Positions 32,256 to 45,852 of a stretch of 64,000 bases of DNA are shown piece by piece. Position 1 is the stretch's first letter. Every line of letters starts with the position of its first letter. The position numbers and the translations under genes are program-made. The notes under the pieces were generated by a model. The model was not told where the DNA came from. It searched no databases and saw only the letters and a program-made list of their open reading frames with translations. Source of the DNA: Caecitellus pseudoparvulus (lineage: Eukaryota > Protista > Bigyra: Bicosoecida); the NCBI GenBank assembly GCA_965644315.1, contig CBFFRQ010000018.1, positions 1,054,001 through 1,118,000 of the forward strand, in the 5' to 3' direction.

Positions 32256-35200
32256 ATGAGTAAAACCAGAGTGCCTCCACAGCACTGGCTTTGCCGTGCG
32301 CTGCACAGCTGCTTGGTTTTGGCTTGCATTGCTCATGCTTACGGTGGGTGTGTAAGCTCAACTTCCGCCATGCTCAAAGGGCACTTGCGTTGCCGCGCAA
32401 ACACGCAGGTTCAAGCATATACCCCACAACGTGTGAGCTTGGATGGACGCTTCTTGATACAGGGGAGCCTGGCAAGCTTGTCAGGTGCCTTCAGTTCAAC
32501 CCCGTCAAGCTGACGCACTCAGCAGCAAACACCGCTTGCGTTGGTGGAACTCTGGCCATTGCACGGAGCCAGCCCGAGCTCAACTACATGTTCCAACTAT
32601 GTGCTACGCCTGATCGCGACTGCTGGCTGGGACACAAAGACTCTGGTGCCAACAACATCTGGCTACCCGTGGACACGAACCCGGCTTTCTCCACGAGCTT
32701 TGTGCCCTTGACTGATCCATCAACCTTCCAGCCGTTGCAAGGGGACACAGAAGCCCCATGGGCTGCATTTGAACCAGACGATGGCATTGTTCCTTGGGTC
32801 TCTGAGGACTGTGCTCACTTCGCCAGTGGCAGTGGAAATGCGACCATCATGGACGGCGCATGTGACGCGTTGCAGCCGAGTGTCTGCCAGACGCTTGCTC
32901 GGTGTCCAGCAGGGTGGTTCCGGAGTGGAACGATGTGCCAGGCATGCCCTCTTGGTCGCTACAACTCCCAGCCAACAACTGCAGGAGCTGAGGTGTGCCA
33001 GCCGTGCCTTGCGGGACGATACGGAGGAGCAGTTGGCTTGACAGACGCGCAGTGTTCTGGGCCATGCTCGGAAGGTCACTACTGCTCCGGGGCGAACACA
33101 AGCCCGACTGAATCTCCCTGCCCACCTGGTCGGTATGGCAGCAGCGAGGGTCTTGCGACGAGTGCCTGTAGTGGGCGTTGTGATGCAGGTTTCTACTGCG
33201 TGGGCGGCGAAGTGTCGCGGGAAGGCGTCGATGCGCTGCATCCTGAGGGGAAGAAGTGTGCTGCAGGAAGGTACGGTAACAGTGGAGAAGGCAGTTCATC
33301 ATGCACGGGACCGTGCCAGGCAGGTTACTTTTGCCCTGCAGGGAGCTGGAAGCGAAACATGTACCACTGCTCGCGAGACGCCACAGACCCGTCACAGCCA
33401 TTCATGTGCCTGAGCAACGATCCTGTTCCTGTCCTTGTGGAGTGCCCACACCAGCAAATCTGCCCGCTTGGCTCGGCAGAACCTCAACCGGTTCCACGGT
33501 ACTATCATTCATATTCTGACTTGTGCTGTGCAGCGCCTTGCCAAGAGGGGGAGTACTGTGTGAACGGCCAGGATCTCAAGTGTGCTGCAGGTTACTGGGG
33601 AGAAAGCAGCAATGAGCATGAAGATCCGACATGTGCTGGCCCTTGCACCGCTGGGTATCAGTGTCCTTTGGGCAGTGAGAGTCCAACCGCCTTTCCCTGT
33701 GGCTGGGACGTGGCGAACGACATGCCTCGGGCGTACCCTCGCAACTACTACTGCCCGGAAGGCACCAGCGAGTCCATAGTGGTCCCAGCTGATCACTACT
33801 CTACCGGTGGCTCCATCGAGACAAGAACTGGGATAGAAAAGTGCCCTGCCGACTATGCGTGTATTCTTGGATGGCATGAAATGAAGGTGGAGTACTATGA
33901 AGGCTGCACGCGGTACGTAGATGGGAGGGAGGGAAGCCGCACCTTCAGCGGGGCAGCCAGCGCTGACGAAAACACGTTGGATGCAGTTGCGGACATAACG
34001 GTTGCCATCCGTCCTCCTGGCTTAAACGTGACGTGGGCTGTTGCTGCATCTTGCAGCCGGCTTAGCTCTCAGTACTCCGGGCCAGAGCCACTGGACACCT
34101 CCTCTCAATTCTCGGTGACGGTCGGGCCTGCGACCTCCACAACCGTGTACGGGGAATGGCGCACTGCCACAGTGAGCGCTGCAGTCCCTCTCAACTACGA
34201 GGAGTGCGAAGTGCACGCTGTTAAGCTCGTGGCGACTGTCCTTGAACCAAGCGAGCCTCTGCCAGAGCACCAAGTGCAAGTGTTCGCGTGTGACTTGGCT
34301 GTGCAGGTGCGGGACACCAACGACCCGCCATACTTTGAAGGGGAAGACGGGGAAGACTTCTACGTTCGGGTGACTCCCGAGGGGGTGAACATCAACAGTC
34401 CTGTGGGAGAACCTGTGACGGCGAGTGATGAGGATGTCGGGCAGGAGCACACGTACATCATTACAGCAGGCAACAGTGAAGGCATGTTTGGCGTCACAAG
34501 GTGTGGAGGGCAACTCTTCACCTTGAACGATAGACTGGACTTTGAAGGCACTGCTGAGTACAATCTCACGTTGACTGTGGCTGATTCTGCCGAGAAGGGG
34601 CCTAGCCTTCAAGCCAGCACGACAGTGCGTGTGCTGCTGACCAATGTCAACGAGCAGCCCTTCTTCAATGTGTCATCAGGCACCCACGGCTGGTCAGTGG
34701 CTGAAAATGACGATGATGGCAGGCGGGTGCAACCATTGCCGGTGCTAGTTGTGGACCCAGATGGTGACAACCTCACCGTGTCAATTTCATTAAAGGATGG
34801 TGATGTGGAGAACCCAGCGCTTCAGTTGGAAGGGGGCGTCGGGCCGTGGCTCGAGACGGCATTTCCATTGGACTTCGAAGGCATCCAGAAGTACAGGTTG
34901 ACAGTCTTTGCCCATGACAGCGAGTTCACGATTGAGTTGGACGACGTTGTGGACGTGCTTGATCGCAACGACCCTCCCACCTTCGCACAAGCCTACTCAT
35001 TCGTCATCCCAGAGGACACCCCCTTCAACTTCTCATCCCCTCTCATCGAAGCTAGTGACCCCGATGGGGGTGCAGTTATCGCCATGTCCATCGTCGAAGG
35101 GAACGAAGACGGCGCTTTCCGCCTCGCCAGGGTGACTGACACCGCCTTCCAGCTGCAAGTGACGTCTGGTCTTGACTTCGAGTCAACTTTCTTCCGATAT

Positions 35201-38200
35201 CAGACACAGCAAGTTGGCCAAGTGCTGACACGCTTTCGACAAGTCCGAATCATGGCCAATGACAGCGTTGCAGTGGCTTTCACTGTGGCAAACATCACAG
35301 TGGAAGATGCGAACGAGCCCCCCAGCACAGCACCCTTTTTTAACGTCAACGTGTCTGAAAGCACCCCTGTTGGAGCCTTCTTTGGCCCAGCACCCAATGT
35401 TTCAGATCCTGAGTTTGCATTTTCTACCTATACCTGGTCTGTCTCGCCAAGTGGACTTGGCCCGCTGCCGTTCACGGTTGACCCGCGCACAGGACGACTG
35501 AGATTGACGGGAGCACTCGATTTCGAAGGAGGAGGGTCGAATCACTTCCATGCCATTCTTCACGTGGCAGACAGCGGCACGCCACCTCTATCGACCCAGG
35601 CGAATCTTTCTGTGCATGTAGAGAATGCTAATGAGCCGCCCCAGGTAAGCTCCGCCTCACTGGCGTTAATCGAGAACGCTGCCCCAGCGACTCAGGTTGG
35701 CCTACTGGCTGGGTTTGACGTCGATGCTGGAGATACCGCACACCTTCGATGGGCCCCCTGCAACAACTCCCACCCGCTTGCAACGCCCAGCGGGTGGGGG
35801 CTTTTCAACTTGACTGCTTCCGGGAACATCAGCGTGGCGGTGGGCGCCAACACGACAAACCCTTGGGCATCAGATTTGGACTTCGAAGACCGTGCAGTCT
35901 ACCAGCTTTGCGTTATCTGTACAGATCGCGGGATTGACGGGCCCCCACTCAGCACCGCCACAACCGTTGTTGTAACCCTCCTTGACGTGAACGAACCGCC
36001 TCGATTCTCCAGCGGAGTCCAAGTCATGACGATCGGAGACGGAACACCGGCTGGGGTGTCCCTCGGCATGATACAGATTGAGGATCAAGACTTTGCGGAC
36101 GTACACACGTTCTCCTTTCTGTCTGGGAACCTGTCTCTGTTTGAGACGACTGCGGATGGAAATGTGACCACGAGCCAAAGCGTGCGCATAGTCACGAGCG
36201 CTGAGCATGAAGTGTACGCCGTCAGGGCCGTCGACTCTGGAGGGTTCGTAGCCAACACAACCCTCAATATCACGATAGCTGACTCGAATGACCGCCCTGA
36301 GTTTTCAGGCTTCCCTCGTCTGGTGTCTGTGTTCGAGCACTCTACGTCCACAGTTCCCTTGCTTCAGGTGACGGCGACGGATGCCGACCCTGATGACACA
36401 TTACAGTTCTCCATCACCCAAATCGTGCCATCTCTCGCATCCAGCGCCATTCAGATTGACACGTCATCGGGGGAGGTTTCGATCGCGGACTCAGCTGCGT
36501 TAGATTTTGAAGGTTATGGGCAAGGCAATAGCGTGTGGAAGGTGTGGGTCCGAGTCAACGACAAGAATGACGCTGACCCTGGACATGTCTCCTTGAGCAA
36601 CGATGTTCTGGTAGAAATAGACGTGAAGGATGTGCCTGAGTCACCGAGCATCGTCCCGGCGGCTTTCTCCGTTCAGGAGAACCACGTCGGGCCCATCGGC
36701 ACCCTGACAGCCACTGACGCCGACTTTGACGAGGTCTTTGTGTGGGTCCTTCAAAATGTCTCTGCGACGGCTTCCTTTGACTCTAATGCGTTCGCCCTGA
36801 ATGCGACAACAGGTGAGCTATCAGTCATTCCTGGAAAAGTAGTTGACTTCGAGGCGCTGACTTCATCGAACCCGGTGGTGACTCTGACTGTCCGGGTAAC
36901 GGACAAGTATGGCGAAAGCGCAGTAAGGGATGTCCCAGTAAGTGTCGGCAACGAGAACGAAGCACCGTCAATAGAGTCTGCAGTAGGCAGAGTAGTTGAA
37001 GAAATTGTCGTGGCGCGAGTGACCGAGAGTGAGGGGTCATCGCCCCTCACCTTAGTCGTGTCAGATCCAGATTCCATGGCCTTGCCAATGGGACAAGTAG
37101 GGCTGTTCATCAGGGAAGTGTGGCCTTTTGAGAGCGTCATCCCGTTCTCCATCGTGAGCGAGGGCGGGACGTTTGGAGTCACCACGCAGCGCGCCCTTGA
37201 CTTTGAGAATGTTGGCCAGTGGACCCTGGATGTCTGCGTGGAGGACGGTGGCTCGCCACCCCTGCTCGCGTGCGCCCTGTTGAACGTATCTGTTGTGAAC
37301 GACCTCAGCGATGTTCGACTGACAAGCGTTCAGGGCTGGAGTGGAAACACTTCCGTGTCAACCGTGCAAGTCGACGACTTTGTGCGCATTTCGGGAGACA
37401 ATTTGGGCTTCACCAACCGACGCCTCGCACTCGGTGGTGAGCAACCCCTCTTGACTGCTTCAGTCAGCTTTGACTTGCAAGGCGAAGGATCGCTCGTAGC
37501 AGAAGTGGGAATTCCCTGCGAAGCCATCGTTGCAAACACAGTCGTACAATGCCCCGTGCCAGACGGCCTGGGCACTGGTGTTTGGTCTCTGCAAGTTGTC
37601 TTCAGTGCCACCGAGATTGCTTCCTCGACCTCAGCGGAGCCGATAAGGGTGCCATACTCCGCCCCTCTGCTTACCTCAGTTGATCGCGTAGATGGTGAGA
37701 GCATGGACTTGCTTCCTACTGCTGGTGGAGTGCAAGTCCGACTGCGAGGCGTCAACTTCGGCCCCTTATCAGCAACTCTTGGGGCGAATCCAGTCTCATA
37801 CGGGCGGAGTGGGGGCAGCGTCAGGGAAGGGCAACTTTGTGTTCGGGAAGCAGATGGAGGTGTCTCAGCCTTGCTGTGCATGACTGCACCCGCCGTTGGC
37901 ATCGAGCTGGAGTGGCAGGTGGCGCTGGGAGGCCAGCAGTCGAACCAGCTGCGTGTCGGGAAGCACAAGCGGCCGTCCGTTGACACAGTGCGCCTATTTC
38001 GAGATGCCACCCCGATAGCTTTTCTCTCCAGTGGAGGGTCTGAGTTTATACAAGTGCAAGGGGGAGACTTGGGGAATGCTGGGGTGCAGCTGGTGTACCG
38101 TCTTGCCACAGACAGTTCAGCAAACGGAGCGCTTGCCCGCTACAAGGGGACTAGCTGCAGCATTTCGCTGCCGCATGACACTGCTGTGTGCCAGTCGATG

Positions 38201-41200
38201 CCGGGGTCAGGACGCAACCATCGGCTGCAAGTGATAGTTGGCAGCGACGAGGACGGGTGGCAGACATCAGACCCAAGCACTGTGACAGTGAGCTATGGTG
38301 CCCCAAGTATTCAAGTAGGGGGGATATCAGGCCCAGGTGCCATTCGAGCTGATACTCAGGGGGGGCAGGTCATCATTGTCGCGGGCGCCAACTTCGGTGC
38401 CCGCACGCCGCTGTTGCCTGGTGCGCCTGCCGCATGTGGGGGCACGCCCCATCCGCCATCCTCTGTCCACCTGCTCGAGGATCCTTCCCTCTTGCCCTTC
38501 AATGTCACAAGCGAGGTGCCCCAGCTTGTTTATGGCCCTGCATCCGACCCCAACCGGTACAAGTCGTCAAGCTGCGTTGTTTCAAATGTGCAGTCCACGC
38601 GCCTCAGCTGTTGCTCTGCAGTGGGCACGGGAAAGGGTTTTGTGTACAGGGTGAGCGTGGATGGGCAAGAGTCCCCACTGCACGCCTCCCAGAACTCGAG
38701 CACGGGGTATCACCCCCCTGTTCTGCAATCCTTTGACCCACGAGATGCTCAAGGCAGGCGAACAGAGGGTGGTGGCGTCATCTCAGTGCTAGGCTCGTTT
38801 TTTGGGCCGAGCATGGAGTTCGTCGAGCAAGTGGCGTATGGAAAGGCCCCACTTGCGGAGAACCTTGAGTTCTCAGCGGAGAACTGCACCATGGTGCGGC
38901 CTCACTTTGAGCTCGAGTGCCTCACCGCTGAAGGTGCTGGCAAGGGACTGTCCTGGACGGTCAAGGTGAACGGCCAGCGGAGCGAGACTCCTACAACTGG
39001 GCACGAACACCCTCAAATATCTCATTTCTCCGGCCAAGCAATGCCTGTGGGGAGCGCGAGAGGGGGACAGTGGCTGATTGTCCATGGCAGTGACTTTGGG
39101 CCGCCAACTGGGACGGTTGAGTTCGGCGGGCAGGACTTCGTGGACTGGGTCAGGTACGGCCCGACAGGGGCGGAGTACACTGCCTCGTGCGCTGTGCTGT
39201 CGCACTTCTCGATGAACTGTACCACTGTGCCTGGCACTGGCCCCAACCTTTTGTGGACAGTGAGCGTCGCTGACCTTGTGTCTAGTCCATCTCTCACGCC
39301 TTGGTCCTACGCATCCGCCCGCATCCTGGACCTGCACTGGCAGGGGCAGCTGAGCACGGCCGGCAATGTGAACTTCTTCGTTAGGGGGACTGACTTCGGG
39401 ATTCTCGATGCCAATACCCTGCTGCGTGTGCGCTTTCGCCCAGAAGTGGGGAACGTGACCGTGCGACTGGTTGAAATAGCCCGGCCATTGCCAGCGAACG
39501 CGAGTCAAGACGAGCTGCAGGTCCGCGTGCCATTTGGCTGGGGGAGCTCTTGCGTGGTGACAGTGGAGAGTGTTACGGTGTTCAATGGCATCCAGCGTGG
39601 AGGCGTGCTGGTTTCGCAGCCGCTTTCTTTTTCATACGCTCCTCCTGCAGTGTCCGGAACCAGCGTCATTTCGGGAACCCGGCAAGAGATCACAATCGTT
39701 GGATCATCCTTTGGCGCAGTGAGAATTGCGGACAACATCACGTTCCCTTTGGGTGTGCTTGTGGTGCATGATGCTTCGTCCAATGAGACGCATTCTTCCG
39801 ATGATGGCTCAGGGGCGGTGCAGCTCCTGTCTTGGAGCCACTCACGAATCGTCGCGAGCATCACCGCCTCGCGCGGGCATGTGATTGTGAAGACATTCAT
39901 GACTTTTGCCAGCGATGGAGGCCCTGATTACTTCGCTTCGCCGGCCTCCCCGTTTGAGAGCTCCACCCCCCAGGCTACGACAGGCTGGATTGCCGGCCTG
40001 CGGGACGATCCCACGCAGTACAGACTGCCCACTCTCGGAGGGATGCAGCTCAACATCCGAGCCACAAATGTGGATGGTTGTGATGAGTCATCCTTGGAAG
40101 TGTACATTGGTGAGGCTGAGGAACTAGCATTGGGGGATCGATCAGATTGCGGCCTGGTGCCGTGCTTGGTCTCGAGAGGCCGGAGGGAGTGCGCTATCAC
40201 CAAAGTCGAACACACTGGTGAGGTGGCCCCTGGAACCACAGATCAACTGTCAAAGGTGTCGTGCATGACTCCTCCTGGCCAAGGCACGGTGGGGGGGCTC
40301 CCAATTTCGGAAGTGGAGAACGAACTGCAGGTGTCTCCCCGATCTGTGTGCACCGGGTGCGCTGGGCAGCGGTTGATCCTGAACTGCGCGGGGAAGTTCT
40401 CGGTCAACGAGCACATGCCAGTCCTGTCTTATGCCCGCCCTACCATCACGACTGTAACAGTGCTGCCAGGCTCCCACGACGCTGAGCTGGGAGAAAGCGC
40501 CGTGTTCGGCTGGACGCTGGACGTGGGCACACGGGGCGGCAGAGTCGGCGTGATGGGCCACAACTTTGGGCAGCTGAAGCACTGGGAGTTCGATGGCTTG
40601 CGTCCCGGAATGCTTGATGACTCGACTCTTGGTCCGCCCCTGTCCCAGCTTCCCCACTGGATGAATCACTCTGTCTTCGAGCTGTCTATCCCTCCACTCG
40701 TCCACGGCAGCCCGACCATGGCGGCATTCCCCATTCGCTTAGTTGTGGGGCCTGACCCAAACCTAGCCCTTGATGTGCCCCTTGTCAGTGCAACAGCAGT
40801 TGAGGACTACGCCTTCAGTTTGGAAGCGTATCAGCAGTTGTTCGGATACCCAGCGACTTCCCGAGAGGCCATTCACATACGTGTGCGGCCTCCAGTCGTT
40901 GCTGCCCAGGAAGTGTCGTTTGGAACAGCTGGCGGGGAGGTGCTGAGGCTGGAAGGAGACAACTTCGGGGAGGGCAGTAAGCCGCAGCATCTGCCGGAAG
41001 TCCTCATTGGCGGCAAGAAGTGCGTCTTGCAGGAGACATACGGGAGCCAGTCTGCAGCCCGTGCAGAGCTGGTGGCCAGCAACCCCGATTCACCACACGA
41101 AGTCATCACTTGCTTCGTTCCACCCGGAGTGGGGAGAAGCAAAGAAGTTCTGCTGCGTATCGGTGGCCACATGCTGTCTAACCAGCCAGGCGGGGGCCTC

Positions 41201-44200
41201 GAGCACGTCAAGGTCCACTACAGACCGCCGGAGGTGCAAGCCGTCCACCCCGAGCGCGGCCCCACCCAGGGCGGCACAGTCATCACCATGTCTGGACTCA
41301 ATTTTGGAGCTTCCGCAGAGGACGCCATGATTCTCTTTGCCTCCCAGACGTATCCCGTAGGAACCCCGGACGACATCACAGCTGTGGATCCAGAGAGCGA
41401 AGCCGACCTTGTTGGCGACCTCATCTCCTACAACCACACCCACGTGGTGTTCAAGGCACCAGCAGGTCAGGGAGAGATCAAGCAGGTGCAGCTTACAGTC
41501 GCTGGCCAAGTTTCGGTTGAGATTGAGCGCAGCGCGACGGCTGTCTGGCCTCCCCAACCACATGCAGCGTTTGAATACGGAGATCCCCGCATCACCTTCA
41601 TTCGCAAGAATGGGACATGCTTTACGGAGGGGTGCGAAGTGTCCCTGGAGGGTGAGAACTTTGGCCGCGCCGTGGTGGTCAACGGCTCAGTTCTGCAGCC
41701 ACTCACCATTGACGTACTGCCAGACAAGCTGCGCTGCCGGCTCGTGGCTTTGGAACACACCATAGCAAGGTGCCGCATTGGGGAGGGGATAGGCAAGCAC
41801 CGCAACATCCATTTTCAGCTGGGGTACAAGTCTGCAGACTTCCCATGGTTCACGTATGCCCCTCCCCTGCTCCGAGACGTGGTGCCCAACGTCGTCAATG
41901 CGCTGGGCGGCCGGACACTGCGGTTTGACGGCGTCAATTTCGGCCCCGTGAAGCCTACCTGGTCCCCTGCAGTGAACGTGACGCTGAACAATGCTACATG
42001 CGAGGGCGCCGCGGTGTTCAACTCTCACAACGAAATCAGGTGTGTGCAGCCGGCCGGCGTGGTCGGCCCTGCCATCGTGCAGATGACCATTGCAGGGAAT
42101 GAAATGGACCAAGACCCCGCTGAAATCGAGGGCTTGCTGCAGTATACGTGCGAGCGGGGTTGGTACGGCCAAGTCTCTGAAGTGTGCGTTCCCTGTCCAT
42201 TTGGTGCCGTGTGCGATTTTAGTGGCCGGTACAACTGCACTGCTTATCGCGGCACGGTGTGCACTGCGTACCCCGAGCCTTGGTCAGATGCGACGTTTTG
42301 GCGAGACGATAAGCCTGCCGACAGCGTGCTGTGCGACCCGCTGCGTCGGGTAAGGCCTCCCCCGTTCAACGGGACTTGCCCAGTTTTCCTCCGGTGCGAG
42401 CCAGAGAATGCCTGCCTCGGCAACAACACATGTGCGACGGGGTACACGGGCTTTCGCTGTTCGAGCTGCGCAGAGCGGTTCTACCGCTTCGACGGGGAGT
42501 GCAAGAGGTGCCCTGACCGAGACTGGTTGCTTCCCCTGCTGTTCGCGGTGGGTTTGATAGTCGTGGGTGGCTTCGGGTGGTGGCTGAACAAGAAGAACAT
42601 CAACCTAGCTCTCATGTCCATTTCAGTCGACTACATGCAAGTCTTAGCGCTTTTCGCCCGCTCGAAAATCGAGTGGCCGCAGCTCCTCAAGGACTTGTTC
42701 TCGTACATGTCATTCTTCAACTTCAACTTGGACATCACGGCGCCTGAGTGCGCCATGCCAGAGCTTGGGTACGGGACAAAGTGGACAGCGATCATGATTC
42801 TCCCGATGGCGATATTCTTCCTTTTCTGGCTCATGTACATCTGCACCCTGGCCTACAAGCGATTCGTTCGTCGACTGTCACCGAAGGCCAGGACTGCTCA
42901 CAGGGCACCCATCGTGGGGGCGTGCCTGACGCTCTCATACTTCATGTACCTGTACGTCTCCCGAACGGTACTCGACGTCTTCAACTGCAGCCCGACAGAT
43001 CCACCCGATGACTGGCCGCCCGGGTACATGCAGGCGGACTTCATTCCATGTTTCAAGCCGGGCGGGCTGCATGAGCGCCTCTTTCCTCCTGCCATCGTCC
43101 TGTTCTTTGTGTACGTACTGGCATACCCCATTTCGATTTTTCTGTGGCTCAGGCGCAACAAAGGTGTTGTGAAGGTGGACCAGCTGCTGCGAGCGTACGG
43201 CTACGGCGAATCTGAACGGACGTCAGACGCAAAGCACTACGGCTTCCGCCGCATGTTCCACAAGATCTACTACCACTTCAAGCCCGGAAAGTGGTACTGG
43301 ATCACAGTCATCATCACCCGGAAGTTCTTCATTGCCATAACCTCACTCCTATTCCGCTCCACGCCAGCGTACCAGATGGCCATGATTGTCATGGTCCTGT
43401 TCTTCGGATACTCTGCGCATATCCACGCCGAGCCCTTCATGTCACGCCCTGAGCACCGAGCCATCGTGCTCGCGCACGAGCGACAAGTTGCGGAGCACAA
43501 CACACAGCACCAGCTCATCGATGCCGAGCTGCAGCCACTGGTTTCCAAGGCGCGGCGCGCGGAGCGGGCAGAGTTCCGAAAGGTGGGCTTTAGGGCAGAG
43601 GAGAAGCGGGCCGCGGCAAAGGAAAGCAGTCAACTCCAAACAAACTACAACACAGTCGAGTCGGTGCTGCTCGTCAGCGCCATCCTTGTGGCCCTTTCCG
43701 GCATCATGTTCAACTCCAACAAGATGACAAACATGGAGAGCTCCCCCGCAAAGGACGCACTTACCATGCTCGTGTTATTGATCATTGCTGCGTCAGTTGC
43801 GTACTTCGTCATCGTGTTCACGGTGGAAATCGTTGAGACGATTGGCGACGACCCTGTCTGCTGCTGCCATTGCCTCCGTCCGCGCATCCGGAGGTGGGTC
43901 CTGTGCGCCGCCTGTGGACCGTGCCAGGTGGGGTATGCCGCCTTGAAGTGGGCACACAGTCGGTACTTGATGAGCCAGCGGCGCGTGGCGACGGTGGATG
44001 AGCTTGTGGAGGCTACACGAGCGAAAAGCAAGGAGGCCGACACAGATTCTCGGTTGAACCCCCTGGCGGCCATGGCACTTGCTCGCAATGCGGAGAAAGG
44101 AGGCGCTGGGCAAGCAATCGGGAAAGCCGACGCTCTCTTGAAGCAGCCATCTCCCCCGTCCCAGTCGGATTGGTTCTTGTTGCAGCTCGCTTTCAAAGAG

Positions 44201-44467
44201 CTTGAGCGCCTGGTGCAGCAAGAATTGCCGTCCAGCATTCGCACTGCCAAGCGCTCTGGCAGTCGCCAAAGGCTGAACCACTTCAAAGCAGCGATGCAAC
44301 AAGGCAACTTGATTCGAACAGGAAAGAAGGCCCGGCGTCAGTTCAGCCAGAAGCTGTCTGACCAGCCACAGAGTCCAGCCGCTGGGGCGCACCGTGGCAG
44401 GGACAGCAGTGCTATTTCATCCAGGCAAAGTAGTGGCGCAAAGCGAGTCAGCTCTCTTAATTTTTAG
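32256..44467 (+). CDS. Giant cadherin-repeat surface receptor: C-type-lectin-like, Cys-rich repeats, about 10 cadherin repeats, multiple IPT/TIG domains, Cys-rich region and a 9-TM module
   Basis: A signal exon (32256..32343) and a 65-nt intron precede a single 12-kb exon. Cadherin Ca-binding motifs LDFE/LNYE and linkers DTNDPP, NVNEQP, DRNDPP, DANEPP, NANEPP, DVNEPP, DSNDRP, DVPESP and NENEAP are present. IPT motifs T.GG...I.G.NFG recur, and about nine hydrophobic helices lie at roughly 42520-43830. Confidence 0.9.
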
Positions 44468-44527
44468 GCTATGGCAGCTGCTATCCAAGTTTCATTCTTA
44501 CTTGCTCGTCCGGGCCCGGCTCTGAAT

Positions 44528-45520
44528 TCATGCGGCTCTCTTGATTGGGCGATCGCGGCGTGGGCTCCTGCTGGCCCCACGCTTTGCCGCCCCACCAATG
44601 TGCCGCACCTGTCCGCGTGCACCTCTGGCATCTGCACTGTGGTGCACTGCTGCCTGTCCTCGAAGCGCAGAGTGGGACGGCGGTTGGGACGGAGGCGGGG
44701 GGATGGAGCTGCCTGCTGCATACGGATTGAAGCCTGCTGGGCGCTGCCAAATGCTCGCGGCAGCGCCTGTGGCGACTGCAGCGGGACCTCGTCGGGGCGC
44801 ATGTGTCGGAGACGAATGGCGCGCAGGCTGCAGCGGTGCCAGAGGGGCTGGCGACGTTGACGGTCCGCCAGGGCTGCCAATGAGCACCTCGGCGCTGGCA
44901 GCGGGTGCGGGCTGGGGGGCCCGCGCGGGTGGTGCGAGCATAGTCTTGACCTCCTTCCCAGTCTTCTTTGCGAGGTACTTGGCGACGAACTTCCGAATCC
45001 GAGGGGAGGTCACGCTGCGGCTGAAGTGCCAGCGTCGCTCCTTGGCTCCTAGCTTGCGTTGCTTCTCATGCTCGACGATGCCGTGCACGATTTTCCGCAC
45101 AGTGACCTTGTAGGCGTCCTTGTCGACCAGTGCGCCAGACCTCAGCGCGGGAAGTGTCGCGAAGCGCACGACATCTGCCACCTTGCGTTTGAAGGAGTGG
45201 CGTGCCGACGAGGCGGACCTCCGCGGTTCGCTGTGCTGAGTGGGGGCAGCTCCCGTGCCCAATGAAGGCGCCTGCTCAGCATCACTGGCGGGGGAATCCT
45301 TGCTTGTCGTGCCAGCCTCTGGGTGGTCGGTGGCGTCAGGCTGGTGCTGGGGAGCAGGGTCGCCGCCGCCTTCCAGTCCGTCGGGAGCAGCGTCACCAGG
45401 GGTGGAGCCATCGTAGTCAAGGTCGATGGTGTCAGGTGACGGTTCTGGCGGCGTCGCTTCCTGACTTGCTTCCAGTGCTTGCGCTGTGCCAGATTTAAAC
45501 CCAGCCAGCAGAGCGTCCAT
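44528..45520 (-). CDS. Protein with an SRI-like (Set2-Rpb1-interacting) helical domain
   Basis: FKRKVADVVR...LVDKDAYKVTVRKIVHGIVEHE...RIRKFVAKYL, flanked by disordered acidic and Pro-rich regions. Confidence 0.6.
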   Translation of the reverse strand: MDALLAGFKSGTAQALEASQEATPPEPSPDTIDLDYDGSTPGDAAPDGLEGGGDPAPQHQPDATDHPEAGTTSKDSPASDAEQAPSLGTGAAPTQHSEPRRSASSARHSFKRKVADVVRFATLPALRSGALVDKDAYKVTVRKIVHGIVEHEKQRKLGAKERRWHFSRSVTSPRIRKFVAKYLAKKTGKEVKTMLAPPARAPQPAPAASAEVLIGSPGGPSTSPAPLAPLQPARHSSPTHAPRRGPAAVATGAAASIWQRPAGFNPYAAGSSIPPPPSQPPSHSALRGQAAVHHSADARGARGQVRHIGGAAKRGASRSPRRDRPIKRAA

Positions 45521-45852
45521 TGCTGCAGCGACGGAGTGAAACGCCTGGCTGCCTGCAAGCACAACTCGGTTCGAAGAAAGAGTCGTCTCGCCAGCAGCAG
45601 TTCAGTGCAGGCAAAAATGATGCAAAGCAGTTAAGTGCCCAATTTTTTGCCGCGGAGGAATCACCAGATGCAAGGTGAGTGCCCGGTGCTGAAGGTCAGC
45701 GTTTCATGTGGGGTTGGAATTTTGGCGCAGGCCGGCATGATGCGGGAAGGAAGGCGCAAGAAATATGAGTAGGGAGCACAAAGCCGGAACAGGTAACGCT
45801 TGATTAGCGGCCGCTTTTCCTCCATCTGTCTGCTCGCAGCATCCACTGGTAC

